From Acidobacteriota bacterium (GTDB lineage Bacteria; Acidobacteriota; UBA4820; DSQY01), in contig JBFMHB010000001.1 of the NCBI GenBank assembly GCA_040752915.1, positions 78,532-142,531 of the forward strand: a stretch of 64,000 nucleotides of DNA, written 5' to 3'. The position numbers were made by a program, and so were the translations under genes. Under the pieces are notes generated by a model. The model worked only from the letters and a program-made list of their open reading frames with translations. It ran no database searches and was not told where the DNA came from. Below are positions 36,902-47,026 of the stretch, one piece after another (position 1 is the stretch's first letter; each line of letters starts with the position of its first letter).

Positions 36902-37963
36902 ATGCGCGCTCACATCCGGTGGACGGGGAGGGGCAGCCTCGAGCTTCTCGACCAGAGGCTCCTGCCTTCCGAAGTCGTTTTCAGGGAATGTCGCACGGCC
37001 GCCGAGGTAGCAACCGCCATCCGTGACATGGTTGTGAGGGGCGCGCCCGCCATCGGAATCTCCGCCGCGTATGGCATGGCGCTGGCCGCCCGAGCGGCCA
37101 GCGTGTCCTGCGCGAACCGCCGCGACTTCCGGCGCCAGATGAACTCCGAGGCCGAGGTGCTGGCCTCCGCGCGGCCCACGGCGGTCAACCTTCGATGGGC
37201 CGTGGACCGCCTCCTCCGCCTGGCGACGGATCTCGCCAAGAGCGGCGCGGATCCAGAGGACGTGGCCGCCTCCGTGGAGGAGGAGGCCATCCAGATCCAT
37301 CGGGACGACGTCAACGCGTGCAAGTCCATCGGCAAGGTCGGCGCGGCCTTCGTGCCCAAGAAGGCTTCCATCCTCACCCACTGCAACGCCGGGGCACTGG
37401 CCACCGGCGGCTTCGGGACGGCGCTGGGCGTCATCCGCGCGGCTCGGGAGGCGGGCAAGGCTCCCCGGGTTTTCGCTGACGAGACTAGGCCCTTCCTCCA
37501 GGGAGCCCGTCTCACGGCCTGGGAGTTGATGGAGGACAACATCCCCGTGACCGTCATCTGCGAGTCCGCGGCGGCTTCCCTCCTGGCCTCCGGTAGGATC
37601 GACCTCGTCCTGGTGGGCGCCGACCGGATCGCGGCCAACGGCGACACCGCCAACAAGGTCGGGACTTACCCCTTGGCGGTCCTGGCCCATCGGCACGGCG
37701 TGCCCTTTTACGTGGCCGCCCCCCTGAGCACCTTCGATCCTGACCTGCCGGACGGCTCCGGAATTCCCATCGAATTGCGGCCCTCCCAGGAGATTCTCCG
37801 ATGGGGCGAACAGGCCGTTGCTCCTCCCGGAGCCGAGGCCTTCAACCCCGCCTTTGACGTGACCCCGCACGATCTTATCACGGCCCTGTTCACCGAGGCG
37901 GGGGCGGTAAAGCCCGTGGACGCCGGCACGGTGGGGGATCTCCTTGGCCGCCTGAGGCCATGA
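36902..37963 (+). CDS. mtnA: S-methyl-5-thioribose-1-phosphate isomerase (eIF-2B alpha/beta/delta family)
   Basis: RGAPAIGISAAYGMALA, THCNAGALAT, GADRIAANGDTANKVGTY. Confidence 0.85.
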   Translation: MRAHIRWTGRGSLELLDQRLLPSEVVFRECRTAAEVATAIRDMVVRGAPAIGISAAYGMALAARAASVSCANRRDFRRQMNSEAEVLASARPTAVNLRWAVDRLLRLATDLAKSGADPEDVAASVEEEAIQIHRDDVNACKSIGKVGAAFVPKKASILTHCNAGALATGGFGTALGVIRAAREAGKAPRVFADETRPFLQGARLTAWELMEDNIPVTVICESAAASLLASGRIDLVLVGADRIAANGDTANKVGTYPLAVLAHRHGVPFYVAAPLSTFDPDLPDGSGIPIELRPSQEILRWGEQAVAPPGAEAFNPAFDVTPHDLITALFTEAGAVKPVDAGTVGDLLGRLRP

Positions 37964-39003
37964 GCCTCATCCTCGGGATCGAGACTTCCTGCGACGACTC
38001 CTCGGCGGCCCTCCTGCACCGGGACGGCCGGGTGGTTTCGTGTCGCGTCGCGGGTCAGGACGAGGTGCACGCTCCTTATGGAGGCGTCGTTCCCGAACTG
38101 GCGAGCCGGGCGCATCTCCAGAAGCTCCCCGGAACGGTGGAGGGGGTGTTGGCCGACGCGGGATGCACCCTCGCCGACGTGGAGGAGATCGCCGTCTCGT
38201 GCGGGCCTGGACTCCTTGGCAGCCTCCTGGTGGGGGTGGCGTACGCCAATGCCCTCGGGTGGGCCAAGAACCTCCCGGTTCGAGGCGTAAACCACATCGA
38301 AGCGCACCTCCGGTCGCCGTGGATCGAGCGTCCGGATCTTCCCTATCCCGCCCTTGGCCTTGTGGTCTCCGGGGGGCACACCCATCTCTTTTGGTGCCGA
38401 ACCGCAAGCGAAATCCAGCGGATCTGCGCAACGCGCGACGACGCCGCGGGCGAGGCCCTGGACAAACTGGCCAAGCACCTCGGACTGCCCTACCCGGGAG
38501 GTCCGGTGATTGACCGCCTGGCTGAGCGCGGGAATCCCCGGGCCGTGCTCTTCCCCCTTCCGCGGATGTCCTCCGGAGACCCTCTGGACTTTTCCTTCTC
38601 GGGGCTCAAGTCGGCGGCTCTCCACTGGCTGAGGAGCCATGGGTACGGTCCACCTTTCGAGACGGACACTCATGCCCTCCCCGGATGGGAATACGACCTG
38701 CTGGCATCCTTCCAGAAGCGTGTCGTGGACCACCTGATCCAGAGGATGCGTGTGGCGGCCATCCGCAGAAAGCCCGCTTGCCTCACCATGGCGGGCGGGG
38801 TCGCCTGCAACCGCCTCCTTCGCCGCAGACTCCTGGCCCTCGGCGAGGAGCTGGGGGTTCCCGCGGCCTTCCCTTCTCCACGATACTGCACCGACAACGC
38901 GGCCATGGTGGCCTTCCGAGCGCTCGACGGGTGCGGACCAGCCCGACCGGGAGTGGCCCCACTGGACGCCTTTCCAACGGCTCACTGGACCCCCTCGGGT
39001 TGA
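37960..39003 (+). CDS. tsaD: tRNA N6-adenosine threonylcarbamoyltransferase TsaD
   Basis: ATGA overlap with mtnA. LILGIETSCDDSSAAL, GVNHIEAH, and VSGGHTHL are the Kae1/TsaD motifs. Confidence 0.9.
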   Translation: MSLILGIETSCDDSSAALLHRDGRVVSCRVAGQDEVHAPYGGVVPELASRAHLQKLPGTVEGVLADAGCTLADVEEIAVSCGPGLLGSLLVGVAYANALGWAKNLPVRGVNHIEAHLRSPWIERPDLPYPALGLVVSGGHTHLFWCRTASEIQRICATRDDAAGEALDKLAKHLGLPYPGGPVIDRLAERGNPRAVLFPLPRMSSGDPLDFSFSGLKSAALHWLRSHGYGPPFETDTHALPGWEYDLLASFQKRVVDHLIQRMRVAAIRRKPACLTMAGGVACNRLLRRRLLALGEELGVPAAFPSPRYCTDNAAMVAFRALDGCGPARPGVAPLDAFPTAHWTPSG

Positions 39004-39041
39004 CTTCGAAGCCGTTTTCGGGCAAACTGCCCCGGCTGGAT

Positions 39042-39117
39042 GGGCCATTAGCTCAACCGGTAGAGCAGGGGACTCTTAATCCCAAGGTTGTAGGTTCGAG
39101 TCCTACATGGCCCACCA
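39042..39117 (+). tRNA. tRNA-Lys (anticodon CTT)
   Basis: Manually folded: acceptor GGGCCAT/ATGGCCC, D-arm GCTC-AACCGGTA-GAGC, anticodon loop CTCTTAA (U33-CUU-A37), T-arm GTAGG-TTCGAGT-CCTAC, discriminator A73, encoded CCA. Confidence 0.85.
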
Positions 39118-39339
39118 CCCATCCCCCCTTCACCAACCGGAATCGTGAGCGAAGGCGCCAGGATCACGGCGCCTTCGCCGCCTCTTTGCGCAAGCGGCGG
39201 CTTCGGTCGCACATCGGTGGGTCCATCCGGCGAGCCCCGGTCCACGCCTCCGGTCCCGCCCGCCGTCCCGAGGGCGCATCGGCTTGCGGCAGGCGCCCCG
39301 CCCGTTCTAAAATGAGAGGCCTATGACGGGGTTGAGCCC

Positions 39340-39837
39340 ATGAAGTCGGCATGGAATCTGCTCTGGAGGTACACACTCGGGGCGGCCGTGTCGGTTCTTC
39401 TTTCGCTCCTGCTCCTGCTCGGTTTCTTCCGGCCCTTTCGAGTGTCCGGTCAGAGCATGGCGCCCACCCTCGGAGACCGGGACCTGATCCTCGTGGACCG
39501 TTGGGCCTTTCGCCTGGGGGGGCCCCAGCGAGGCGACCTCGTCATTCTGACGGACCCTTCCGGAAGCGGGTTCCTCGTCAAGCGCGTGGCCGGGCTTCCG
39601 GGGGATCACCCCGAGGCGCTTCCCGCCTCCGCCGGGGGAGTCCCCGACGGATTCCTCTATTGCGTCGGAGACAATGCCGCGGAAAGCCTGGACAGCCGGC
39701 ACCTGGGGCCATTTCCCATGGACCGGGTTTATGGGCGGGTTCTCGTCCGCATTCCGGAGCGCCATGCCGCCCGCGTCACCACAGGGGGCCTCGCCCAGGC
39801 CATCGGGCCCGCGGCCCCTCGGAAAGAGCCGCCATGA
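39340..39837 (+). CDS. lepB: Signal peptidase I (S26 family)
   Basis: N-terminal TM, Ser box VSGQSMAPTL, Lys box VKRVAGLPGD, and a GDN box (CVGDNAAESLDSRHLGP). Confidence 0.85.
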   Translation: MKSAWNLLWRYTLGAAVSVLLSLLLLLGFFRPFRVSGQSMAPTLGDRDLILVDRWAFRLGGPQRGDLVILTDPSGSGFLVKRVAGLPGDHPEALPASAGGVPDGFLYCVGDNAAESLDSRHLGPFPMDRVYGRVLVRIPERHAARVTTGGLAQAIGPAAPRKEPP

Positions 39838-40952
39838 GCCTCGGAGCTGTTCCCCTCCAAGGCGACTACTCCCAGCTCGGCCTCCCCGAGATCCTGGACT
39901 TTCTCAAGACCACCGGGAAGACCGGCGTCCTCCTCGTCCGGAACGGGACCGTGACGAAGACCCTTCACTTCAAGAACGGCGTCGTCACCTTCGCCACCTC
40001 CAATGTGCCCGAAGAACGCTTCGGGGACATGCTCCTGCGCCAAGGCCGGATCAGCCAGGCCCAATTCGACGAGGCCAGCCGCCACGTGACCCGAGGCAAG
40101 CGGCTGGGCAAGATTCTCGTGGAAATGAAAGCGCTCACCCCCAAGGACCTCTGGAACGAGGTCCGGCGCCAGGTGCAGGAGATCGCCTTTTCCATCCTCC
40201 GTTGGGATTCGGGGTCGTTCCAGTTTTTCGAAGGGGAGGAGAAGGCGGGCGAGAACATCACGACGGCCATTTCCGTCCCGGAGCTTCTCCTGGAAGGTCT
40301 CCGACGCATCGAGGACCCGGCTCTTTTCGAACGCTACATGCCCAACAAGGACGTGGTCTTCGAGCGGGTGCTTCCGGCCCACCGCCCCCAGGGCCTCCAC
40401 TTCGAGGAATACGAGAAGCACGTCTTCCGCCTGGTGGACGGGGCACGCAGCGTCCAGGAAGTGTGCGACCTGAGCGAAATCGGGGAGTTCGAGACGCTCA
40501 AGACACTGTATATCTTCTTCTCCATCGGGTTCCTCCACGTCAAGGGCCGGAAGGACCGGTTCGAGGAGGAGCGCCGCGAGTTGAAAGAACTGGGCGGCCT
40601 CATCCGCAATTACAACGAAATGTTCTCCTTCCTGTACCACTACCTTCTGCGTGAAGTCGGGCCCATCGCGGAGAACATCCTGGAGAAGTACCTCGGACGC
40701 CTCAAGACCGTTCAACCGGAGGTTTTCGGGAGAGTCACCATCCGGAGCAACGGATCCCTCTCCGAGGAACGGCTGATCGAGAACCTGCGGGCCCTTCAAG
40801 GGGATCGCCAGGCCCTCCTGGTGCAGTCCCTCAACGAGTTCCTCTACAGCGTGCTCCTGGCCATTCGAAGGACCCTCGGGCCGGACCACGAGACCCGGGT
40901 CCTGGAGACCCTCCGCCACACGCGAAAAGACCTTTTCCGTGAGCCCTCCTGA
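39834..40952 (+). CDS. DUF4388-domain protein
   Basis: ATGA overlap with lepB. N-terminal DUF4388-like block GDYSQLGLPEILDFLKTTGKTGVLLVRNGTVTKTLHFKNGVVTFATSN, followed by ~300 aa of alpha-helical sequence with no enzymatic motif. Confidence 0.6.
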   Translation: MSLGAVPLQGDYSQLGLPEILDFLKTTGKTGVLLVRNGTVTKTLHFKNGVVTFATSNVPEERFGDMLLRQGRISQAQFDEASRHVTRGKRLGKILVEMKALTPKDLWNEVRRQVQEIAFSILRWDSGSFQFFEGEEKAGENITTAISVPELLLEGLRRIEDPALFERYMPNKDVVFERVLPAHRPQGLHFEEYEKHVFRLVDGARSVQEVCDLSEIGEFETLKTLYIFFSIGFLHVKGRKDRFEEERRELKELGGLIRNYNEMFSFLYHYLLREVGPIAENILEKYLGRLKTVQPEVFGRVTIRSNGSLSEERLIENLRALQGDRQALLVQSLNEFLYSVLLAIRRTLGPDHETRVLETLRHTRKDLFREPS

Positions 40953-41904
40953 CGGCGCCCTCTTCCCGGAGGGCCCTCTCCTCGCCTTCGTCGGTCCCAC
41001 CGCCACGGGCAAGACCCGCCTGGCGGTGGAAGCGGCGCTCCTCCTCGGGGGAGAGATCGTCTCCTGCGATTCGATGGCCGTGTACAAGGGCTTCGACATC
41101 GGGACGGACAAGCCCTCCCCAGCGGAGCGCCGGGGGGTCCCCCACCACCTCATCGACGTCGCCGAGCCGGGGAGCTTCTACTCCGCGGGCTCGTTCCGGG
41201 CGGACGCGCTGAAGGCCCTTTTGGACATCTGGTCCCGGGGGCGGACGGCCATCCTCGTGGGTGGAACGGGCCTCTACTACCGGTCCCTAACGCGCGGGCT
41301 CGTCTCCGCGCCAGGACGGCACGGAGAAATAAGGGAAAGGCTCAGCCGCCGCGCCCTGGCGCGGGGCCCCGAAGGACTGCACCGGATCCTTTCCCGGCTG
41401 GACCCCGACCGCGCCCGCGAGGTGGGCCCCCGCGACACCCTGCGGATCGTACGGGCGCTCGAGGTGCGACTGCTGACCGGGAGGCCCTTTTCCAGGTGGA
41501 TCCGGCAGGACCCGGCCCAAAAAGGAGTCACCCCGGGGCTCACGGTGGGTTTGACGGCACCCAAGCCCTTCCTCTACCATAGAATCGAGCGCCGGGTCGA
41601 GGAGATGATGGCCGCGGGCCTGCTGGATGAAGTCCGGCGGCTGAGGGAAGCGGGCCACCTTTCCGGACCCGCCTCCAAGGCCATCGGCTACGGGGAATTG
41701 GCGTCCTTCCTCGAAGGTTCCTTGGACCTGGAGGAGGCGGTCCGGCGAATCAAGCAGCGGACCCGGAACCTGGCCAAGCGCCAGCAAGCGTGGTTCAAGA
41801 AAGAAGAAGGAATTCATTGGTTCGATATCCAAGAGGAGGAATGGCGCGATGATGCCCTCGAACTCATCCAGAGATGGCGCGAAAAAGCCGGCGCCCAACC
41901 GTGA
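40939..41904 (+). CDS. miaA: tRNA dimethylallyltransferase
   Basis: P-loop GPTATGKT, SCDSMAVYKGFDIGTDKP, GGTGLYYRSL. Confidence 0.9.
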   Translation: MSPPDGALFPEGPLLAFVGPTATGKTRLAVEAALLLGGEIVSCDSMAVYKGFDIGTDKPSPAERRGVPHHLIDVAEPGSFYSAGSFRADALKALLDIWSRGRTAILVGGTGLYYRSLTRGLVSAPGRHGEIRERLSRRALARGPEGLHRILSRLDPDRAREVGPRDTLRIVRALEVRLLTGRPFSRWIRQDPAQKGVTPGLTVGLTAPKPFLYHRIERRVEEMMAAGLLDEVRRLREAGHLSGPASKAIGYGELASFLEGSLDLEEAVRRIKQRTRNLAKRQQAWFKKEEGIHWFDIQEEEWRDDALELIQRWREKAGAQP

Positions 41905-42202
41905 AATCAACATCCAGAACCAGATCCTCAATTTCGTCCGCAAGGATCGTTCCCTCATCACGATCTTCCTCGTCAGCGGGAAGAAGTTCGTCGGTCAGGT
42001 CCTTGGCTTCGACCGCTACACGATCCACATCCGCGGGCGCGACTACGACCAGATCGTCTTCAAGCACGCCATCACCAACGTGTCGGTTCCCCGCCACGTG
42101 ATGCAGAAGATGACCGGTGGAGAGGGCGACGAGCCCATGGACGGGGCCCTTCCCTCCTCGGAGGGGGAGGACCCGATTCCCGAGGACGACGAGTCCCAAT
42201 GA
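41849..42202 (+). CDS. hfq: RNA chaperone Hfq with extended acidic C-terminal tail
   Basis: Sm1 ITIFLVSGKKFVGQVLGFD, Sm2 FKHAI. Classic miaA-hfq synteny. The start overlaps the miaA 3' end, so the exact start is uncertain. Confidence 0.8.
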   Translation: MMPSNSSRDGAKKPAPNREINIQNQILNFVRKDRSLITIFLVSGKKFVGQVLGFDRYTIHIRGRDYDQIVFKHAITNVSVPRHVMQKMTGGEGDEPMDGALPSSEGEDPIPEDDESQ

Positions 42203-42284
42203 ACCGCATGGGGAAGGGGGGCCGGGCGGCCCCCCTTCCCGCCTTGCGCGGGCCGGCCCTCGTCCCGGCCGCTTGGGGTGAGCG

Positions 42285-42950
42285 TTGGACCAGACGGAAC
42301 TGCTGAAACGGATCACCTGCTTCAGCGGGCTGGATGAAGCCCATCTGGAGGAGGTTCTCCGCTTTTCGGAACGTCGCACCTTCAGCCGCGGGGAAGTCCT
42401 GTTCGAGTTGGGCGATCCGGGCGAGGCGCTTTACATCCTCCTCTCGGGGCGGGTCAAGTGTTACATCAACGGCAAGGACGGACGTCAGGTGACGCTCGCA
42501 TTCCTGGGTCCCGGAGAACTGGTCGGCGAACTGGCCCTGTTCGATCCGGCGGAACGCCGCTCGGCATCCGTCCAGGCGGTGGAAGAGACGGACTGCGTGT
42601 GGCTTTCCCGGGAACGCTTCCTGGAGGCCCTCGCCTCCAATCCTTCCCTTGCCCTCTCCGTCATCCGGACCCTTTCCCAGAGGCTTCGGGAAACCTCCCA
42701 GCGCGTGGGCAGCCTGGTTCTGATGGACACCTTCGGCCGCCTCGCGCGCTTCATCACAGAACTGGCGGAGCGCGAAGGGCGCCAGCTGGCCGACGGCTCC
42801 ATCCTGATCACGCGGCCGACCCAGGAGGAGATCGCCCATTTCATCGGAACCAGCCGCGAGACCGTGAACCGCCTGCTGAAGGAACTGGAGACCCAGGGGT
42901 TCTTGCGCCTTCTCGGCCGGAAGATCCTCCTGTTCAAGACCCCCTCCTGA
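42285..42950 (+). CDS. Crp/Fnr family transcriptional regulator (cNMP-binding domain + HTH)
   Basis: TTG start. cNMP-binding beta-roll (GEVLFELGDPGEALYILLSGRVK...GPGELVGELAL) and C-terminal HTH TQEEIAHFIGTSRETVNRLLKEL. Confidence 0.85.
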   Translation: MDQTELLKRITCFSGLDEAHLEEVLRFSERRTFSRGEVLFELGDPGEALYILLSGRVKCYINGKDGRQVTLAFLGPGELVGELALFDPAERRSASVQAVEETDCVWLSRERFLEALASNPSLALSVIRTLSQRLRETSQRVGSLVLMDTFGRLARFITELAEREGRQLADGSILITRPTQEEIAHFIGTSRETVNRLLKELETQGFLRLLGRKILLFKTPS

Positions 42951-43000
42951 GGAGGACCCAAAGCCCCCGCGTGGTACACTCCCACCGCATGGAGGGATGC

Positions 43001-44044
43001 ATGAACGACGCGTCCTGGAAGAGGGTGCTCCTCGTTGCCTGCACCGTCACCTTCGCCGCTCTGGGCGGTGTGGACCCCGAAGCCCCCTATCGAGAAACCG
43101 TTTCCGGAGGGAGCGTGGATTGGGACGCGGGGTGGATCCGGGCCGAAGCGGAGGTCCCCCTTCCTGCCGCGGGACCTTCCACCGCCCAGGCCCGTGTGGA
43201 TGCCCGGAGAGTCGCCGTTCTCAAAGCCCAGGCCGCGGCGCTTCGAATCGCCATGCGCCTTCCTGTCGACTCCGAGCGTCGGCTCGAATCCTTTGAGGCG
43301 CTCCGGACCCGGGTCCGGGGCATCGTCTCGGGAGGCCGGGTCGTTTCGGAGGGGGACCGGGACGGACGCTACGTTCTGACCCTCGAGGTGCCCATCAACG
43401 GCGTCCAGGGCCTCGCTTCGGAGGTGGCCCTGGTCACTCTCCCCGCGCCCCCGCCCGAACCCGCGCCCCCCCGGAGAACGCCCTCGGACCCGCCTGCTCC
43501 GCGGGCCGAGCCGACTCCCCCGCCGAGTCGCGAGCTCTCCTCCTTCGCCACGGTCACCGTGGATGCCCGGGAGGCGGGAGTGAGGCCCGCCCTGCAGCCG
43601 AGGATTCTGGATCCCGCCGGGAGGGAAGTCTACGGCATCAAGACCATCAAACCCCTGCGCGCCCGGGAAGGGATGCTCGCCCGCTACGTAACCCGGCCGG
43701 CCGCCTCCCAGGGGCGCTTCCGCCTCACGGACCCGCACCTCTCCCCCGCCCTCCCCCTCGCCCTCGCCGCCCTGCCCCGGATCGAAAGGGCGCAGCGGCC
43801 GCCCTCCACCCGTCCGCGGGGGGAGGAGGCGGCCATCGAGGTGAAGGCAATGGGAGCCTCCGGCTCCCTCGGGGCCGACATCCTCGTCACCGAGGAGGAG
43901 GCCCGCCGCCTGCGCGAGGCCGAAGCCGCAACGGGGGCCCTCTCGGAGGGGCGGGTCCGAATCGTGGTTCGTCCCGACGTGGGCGGAGTGGAGGGTCGCG
44001 GCCTCCGCCCGAAACCCTCGGACCTCTGGCTCGCCGAACGCTGA
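43001..44044 (+). CDS. Lipoprotein with N-terminal LPP20/FlgP-like domain
   Basis: Lipobox LLVAC; RBS GGAGGGA. LPP20-like block GWIRAEAEVP...AQARVDARRVAVLKAQAAALRIAM...RVRGIVSGGRVVSEGDRDGRYVLTLEV, a Pro-rich linker, then a C-terminal region of unknown fold. Confidence 0.5.
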   Translation: MNDASWKRVLLVACTVTFAALGGVDPEAPYRETVSGGSVDWDAGWIRAEAEVPLPAAGPSTAQARVDARRVAVLKAQAAALRIAMRLPVDSERRLESFEALRTRVRGIVSGGRVVSEGDRDGRYVLTLEVPINGVQGLASEVALVTLPAPPPEPAPPRRTPSDPPAPRAEPTPPPSRELSSFATVTVDAREAGVRPALQPRILDPAGREVYGIKTIKPLRAREGMLARYVTRPAASQGRFRLTDPHLSPALPLALAALPRIERAQRPPSTRPRGEEAAIEVKAMGASGSLGADILVTEEEARRLREAEAATGALSEGRVRIVVRPDVGGVEGRGLRPKPSDLWLAER

Positions 44045-44054
44045 AGGGGGTACC

Positions 44055-45917
44055 GTGGCGCTGGCCTGGCCCCGCTTTCGCCGGGGCGGACTCATTCTCG
44101 GCGGGATTCTGACCGTCCTCGGGGCGCTCCCCCTCGCTCTGGGGATCGCCTCGCCCGGCGAGGGAAGGCTGTACGATCTCCTGCTCCGAACGCGGAGGCA
44201 CCCTCCCTCCGGCCGGGTGGTGCTCGTTGCGGTGGACGATGCCGCGTTTCAGGCCTTGGGGGGACGCAATCCCAGCCGCGCCGACATCGCCGCTGTCGTG
44301 GATCGCCTCTGGGCTTCGGGCGCCGCCCTGGTGGCGCTGGATTTTTTGTTCCTCGAGCCAAGAACGGAAGCCGAAGACGCGCTCCTGGAAGGCGCTCTCG
44401 CGCGCGCGGATTGCCTCCTGGCCTGCAGCCCCGGCAACGGTCTCTATCCCTTGGACCGGTTTCGGCGCCAGGCCGTCGGACTCGGCTCCATCGACCTCCT
44501 CTCCGATCCGGACGGCATCTTCCGCAAAATCCCCGCTCCGTACGTGGAGGCGCAGGAGGGCCGATTCAAGATCCGGCACCCGCCTCTCGCCCTGGCAAGC
44601 GCTCTTCTTTACTGGTTTCCCGAGGGACCGCCGGAGGTGAGGCTGGAAGGGAACACCCTGCACCTGGGAGAGAGGCGGTTCGCCACCGATGGCACGGGAT
44701 GGTGGATCCCTTACCTCGGCGGTGAAGGAACCCTGCCGCGGATCCCCTTTCTGGAGGCGTTGAAGGGGTCAGGGCCCCTCCCCGCCTTGAAGGGCCGCAT
44801 CGTCCTCGTGGGTTCCGCCCGCCCCAGCCAGCACGACTTTTTCTCCGTCCCCCTCCCCAGGCTTGCGGACCCGGGACAGACCTCCCTTTCGAGCCACACC
44901 ATGGCGGGGGTCGAGGTCCATGGCCAGGCTCTGGAGGCCCTACTGGCCGGCCGGGAAATCGTACCCGTCCGCGGGCCATGGGCCTGGGCCCTTTTCGCCC
45001 TTCTGGCCGCCCTGGGCACGGTGCTCACATCCCTTGCCCTCCGGCCCGGCCCGGCCCTGGCCGTCTGGTTCCTGGTTTTCGCCTCCCTGGCGTGGGGCGC
45101 CATCGCCGCCGTGCGGGCGGGAAGGCCCCTTCCGATCTTGGGCCTGGCGCTTTGCGCGCTTCTCTTCGCGGGGGGGTCCTTCGCCTACCACCGGGCCCGC
45201 GACTACAGCGAGCGCCGGGCGGTGGAAGGCCTTTTCAGCCGGTACGTCTCGCCGAACATCGCCAGGACGCTCCTTCGGAACCCGGGTGTCGTCCAGCTCG
45301 GAGGCCGAAGGAAGGACCTGACCATTCTCTTTTCCGACATCCGCGGGTTCACGCGCCTCTCCGAAGACCTTCCGCCGGAGCGCGTCTGCCTCCTGCTCAG
45401 CGAGTACTTCAACGAGATGACGGAGGTTCTTTTCGCCTTCGACGGCACCCTGGACAAGTTCATCGGAGACGCAATCCTGGCCTTCTTCGGCGATCCCCTG
45501 ACGCAACCCGACCACCCCGCCCGCGCTCTGGCCTGCGCCGTCGCCATGCAGGAACGCGCCAGGGCCCTCCGGGAGCGGTTCTCCAGGGAGGGGAAACCGC
45601 CGCTGCACATCGGAATCGCCGTTACGTCGGGGCCCGTGGTGGTGGGGAACAACGGCTCCAGGAACAACTTCGCCTACACGGTGATCGGGGACACGGTGAA
45701 CCTGGCCTCCCGGCTCCAGGGCCTCGCCGTTTCCGACGACGTGATCGTGCCGGCCGGCTTGGCGGCCCGCATCCCCGAGTTGTACGAGACTTACGAGGTC
45801 GAACCCCTCGATCCGGTCCGGGTCAAGGGCAAGAGCGAAGAGATCCCCATCCTGCGCGTTCGGGGGAGGCGGTCCTCCGGCTCCGACCCGGCGCAGACGC
45901 ACGGAGGTGTTCCATGA
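44055..45917 (+). CDS. CHASE2-sensor adenylate/guanylate cyclase (class III nucleotidyl cyclase)
   Basis: N-terminal TM, a periplasmic CHASE2-like domain (VVLVAVDDAAF...ALDFLFLEP), three TM helices, then cyclase motifs LTILFSDIRGFTRLSE, KFIGDAILAFFGDP, VVVGNNGSRNNFAYTVIGDTVNLASRLQG. Confidence 0.85.
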   Translation: MALAWPRFRRGGLILGGILTVLGALPLALGIASPGEGRLYDLLLRTRRHPPSGRVVLVAVDDAAFQALGGRNPSRADIAAVVDRLWASGAALVALDFLFLEPRTEAEDALLEGALARADCLLACSPGNGLYPLDRFRRQAVGLGSIDLLSDPDGIFRKIPAPYVEAQEGRFKIRHPPLALASALLYWFPEGPPEVRLEGNTLHLGERRFATDGTGWWIPYLGGEGTLPRIPFLEALKGSGPLPALKGRIVLVGSARPSQHDFFSVPLPRLADPGQTSLSSHTMAGVEVHGQALEALLAGREIVPVRGPWAWALFALLAALGTVLTSLALRPGPALAVWFLVFASLAWGAIAAVRAGRPLPILGLALCALLFAGGSFAYHRARDYSERRAVEGLFSRYVSPNIARTLLRNPGVVQLGGRRKDLTILFSDIRGFTRLSEDLPPERVCLLLSEYFNEMTEVLFAFDGTLDKFIGDAILAFFGDPLTQPDHPARALACAVAMQERARALRERFSREGKPPLHIGIAVTSGPVVVGNNGSRNNFAYTVIGDTVNLASRLQGLAVSDDVIVPAGLAARIPELYETYEVEPLDPVRVKGKSEEIPILRVRGRRSSGSDPAQTHGGVP

Positions 45918-46993
45918 AGCGATCGGCTGGACTCTTGGCGTTCCTTCTCTTGCTTTTGGGAGGCGGCGCCGCCTCCGCCCAGTCCCGGGTGACGGCCACG
46001 GGAACGGCCGCCATCCTGTCCGGAGACGCCGCGCGGGCGCGCGACCGCGCGGTGGAGGCCGCTCTCCGCACGGCCGTCGAGCAGGTCATCGGGACGCTCG
46101 TGGACTCGGAGACCCTGGTTCAGAACAACCAGCTCCTGGCGGACCGCATCTACACGCAAACCAGGGGCTACGTCTCCAACTACTCGATTCTCTCCGAGAA
46201 CGCCGACCGGGACTCCAATATCTACACGGTTCAGGTGGAGGCGGAGGTGCGGGAGGGCAGCCTGGCGGACGACCTCGGTGGTCTCGGGCTCCTTCTGAGG
46301 CGGATGAAGATGCCCCGCGTCGCGGTGGTGCTCAAGAACGACGACGGGACCGTCGCGGCCTTCGTTCAGAAGGTGCTGAGGGAAAAGGGCTTCCTCCTTG
46401 TGGAGACTCCGGACGAGGCGGGAGGCGCAGGGTTCTGGTCCATGGATCAGGGCGCCCAGTCCGACCTCCTTCGACGCTACGGAGCGGAGGTGGCCATCCT
46501 CGGTGCCGCTTCCGGTGGGGCCGGCGGAAGCGTGAGGGGCTCCAACTTGACCTCCTACCAGGCGTCGGTCAACCTGAAGGCGGTAAAGGCCGATACCCGG
46601 GAGATTCTGGCCACCGCCTCGGGACATGGCACCTCCGTCCACGTGGGCGAGGCCGGATACCAGGAGGCGGCCCGCCAGGCGGCCACCGTGGCGGGAGGCG
46701 ACCTGGTCCGCCAGATCACGTCCCAGTGGGCCCGCGAATCCTCCTCGTCCCGGGCCCTTCTGCTTGATATCGATGGCGTGACGCCCGAGCGGGCCGCGGA
46801 GGTGGCGGCCCGGCTGGAGCGGGAAGCCCGCGGCGTTCAGGAGGCGATCCTTCGAAGCTCGGAAGGGGCCCGCGCCACGCTCCACGTGTCCATGCAAGGA
46901 GACGCCTCCGATCTGGCGCAGGAGATTCGAAAGCTCTGGCCCAGGGCCAAGGTCACTTCCCAGAGCGCCAACCGTTTGACAGTGGCTTTCTAG
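45914..46993 (+). CDS. Periplasmic protein with LPP20-like repeats
   Basis: ATGA overlap with the cyclase stop. Signal peptide MKRSAGLLAFLLLLLGGGAASAQS. Two blocks resembling the LPP20/FlgP fold (ATGTAAILSGDAARARDRAVEAALRTAVEQVIGTLV...; GYQEAARQAATVAGGDLVRQIT) flanking a central domain. Confidence 0.5.
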   Translation: MKRSAGLLAFLLLLLGGGAASAQSRVTATGTAAILSGDAARARDRAVEAALRTAVEQVIGTLVDSETLVQNNQLLADRIYTQTRGYVSNYSILSENADRDSNIYTVQVEAEVREGSLADDLGGLGLLLRRMKMPRVAVVLKNDDGTVAAFVQKVLREKGFLLVETPDEAGGAGFWSMDQGAQSDLLRRYGAEVAILGAASGGAGGSVRGSNLTSYQASVNLKAVKADTREILATASGHGTSVHVGEAGYQEAARQAATVAGGDLVRQITSQWARESSSSRALLLDIDGVTPERAAEVAARLEREARGVQEAILRSSEGARATLHVSMQGDASDLAQEIRKLWPRAKVTSQSANRLTVAF

Positions 46994-47026
46994 GACCGCT
47001 ATCCTGGGCCCTTAGGAGGAATCCCG

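Noticed and set aside
42485-44095. 536-aa minus-strand ORF over the Crp and lipoprotein genes
   Set aside because: Antisense artefact. The sense strand carries cNMP-binding/HTH motifs and a lipobox.
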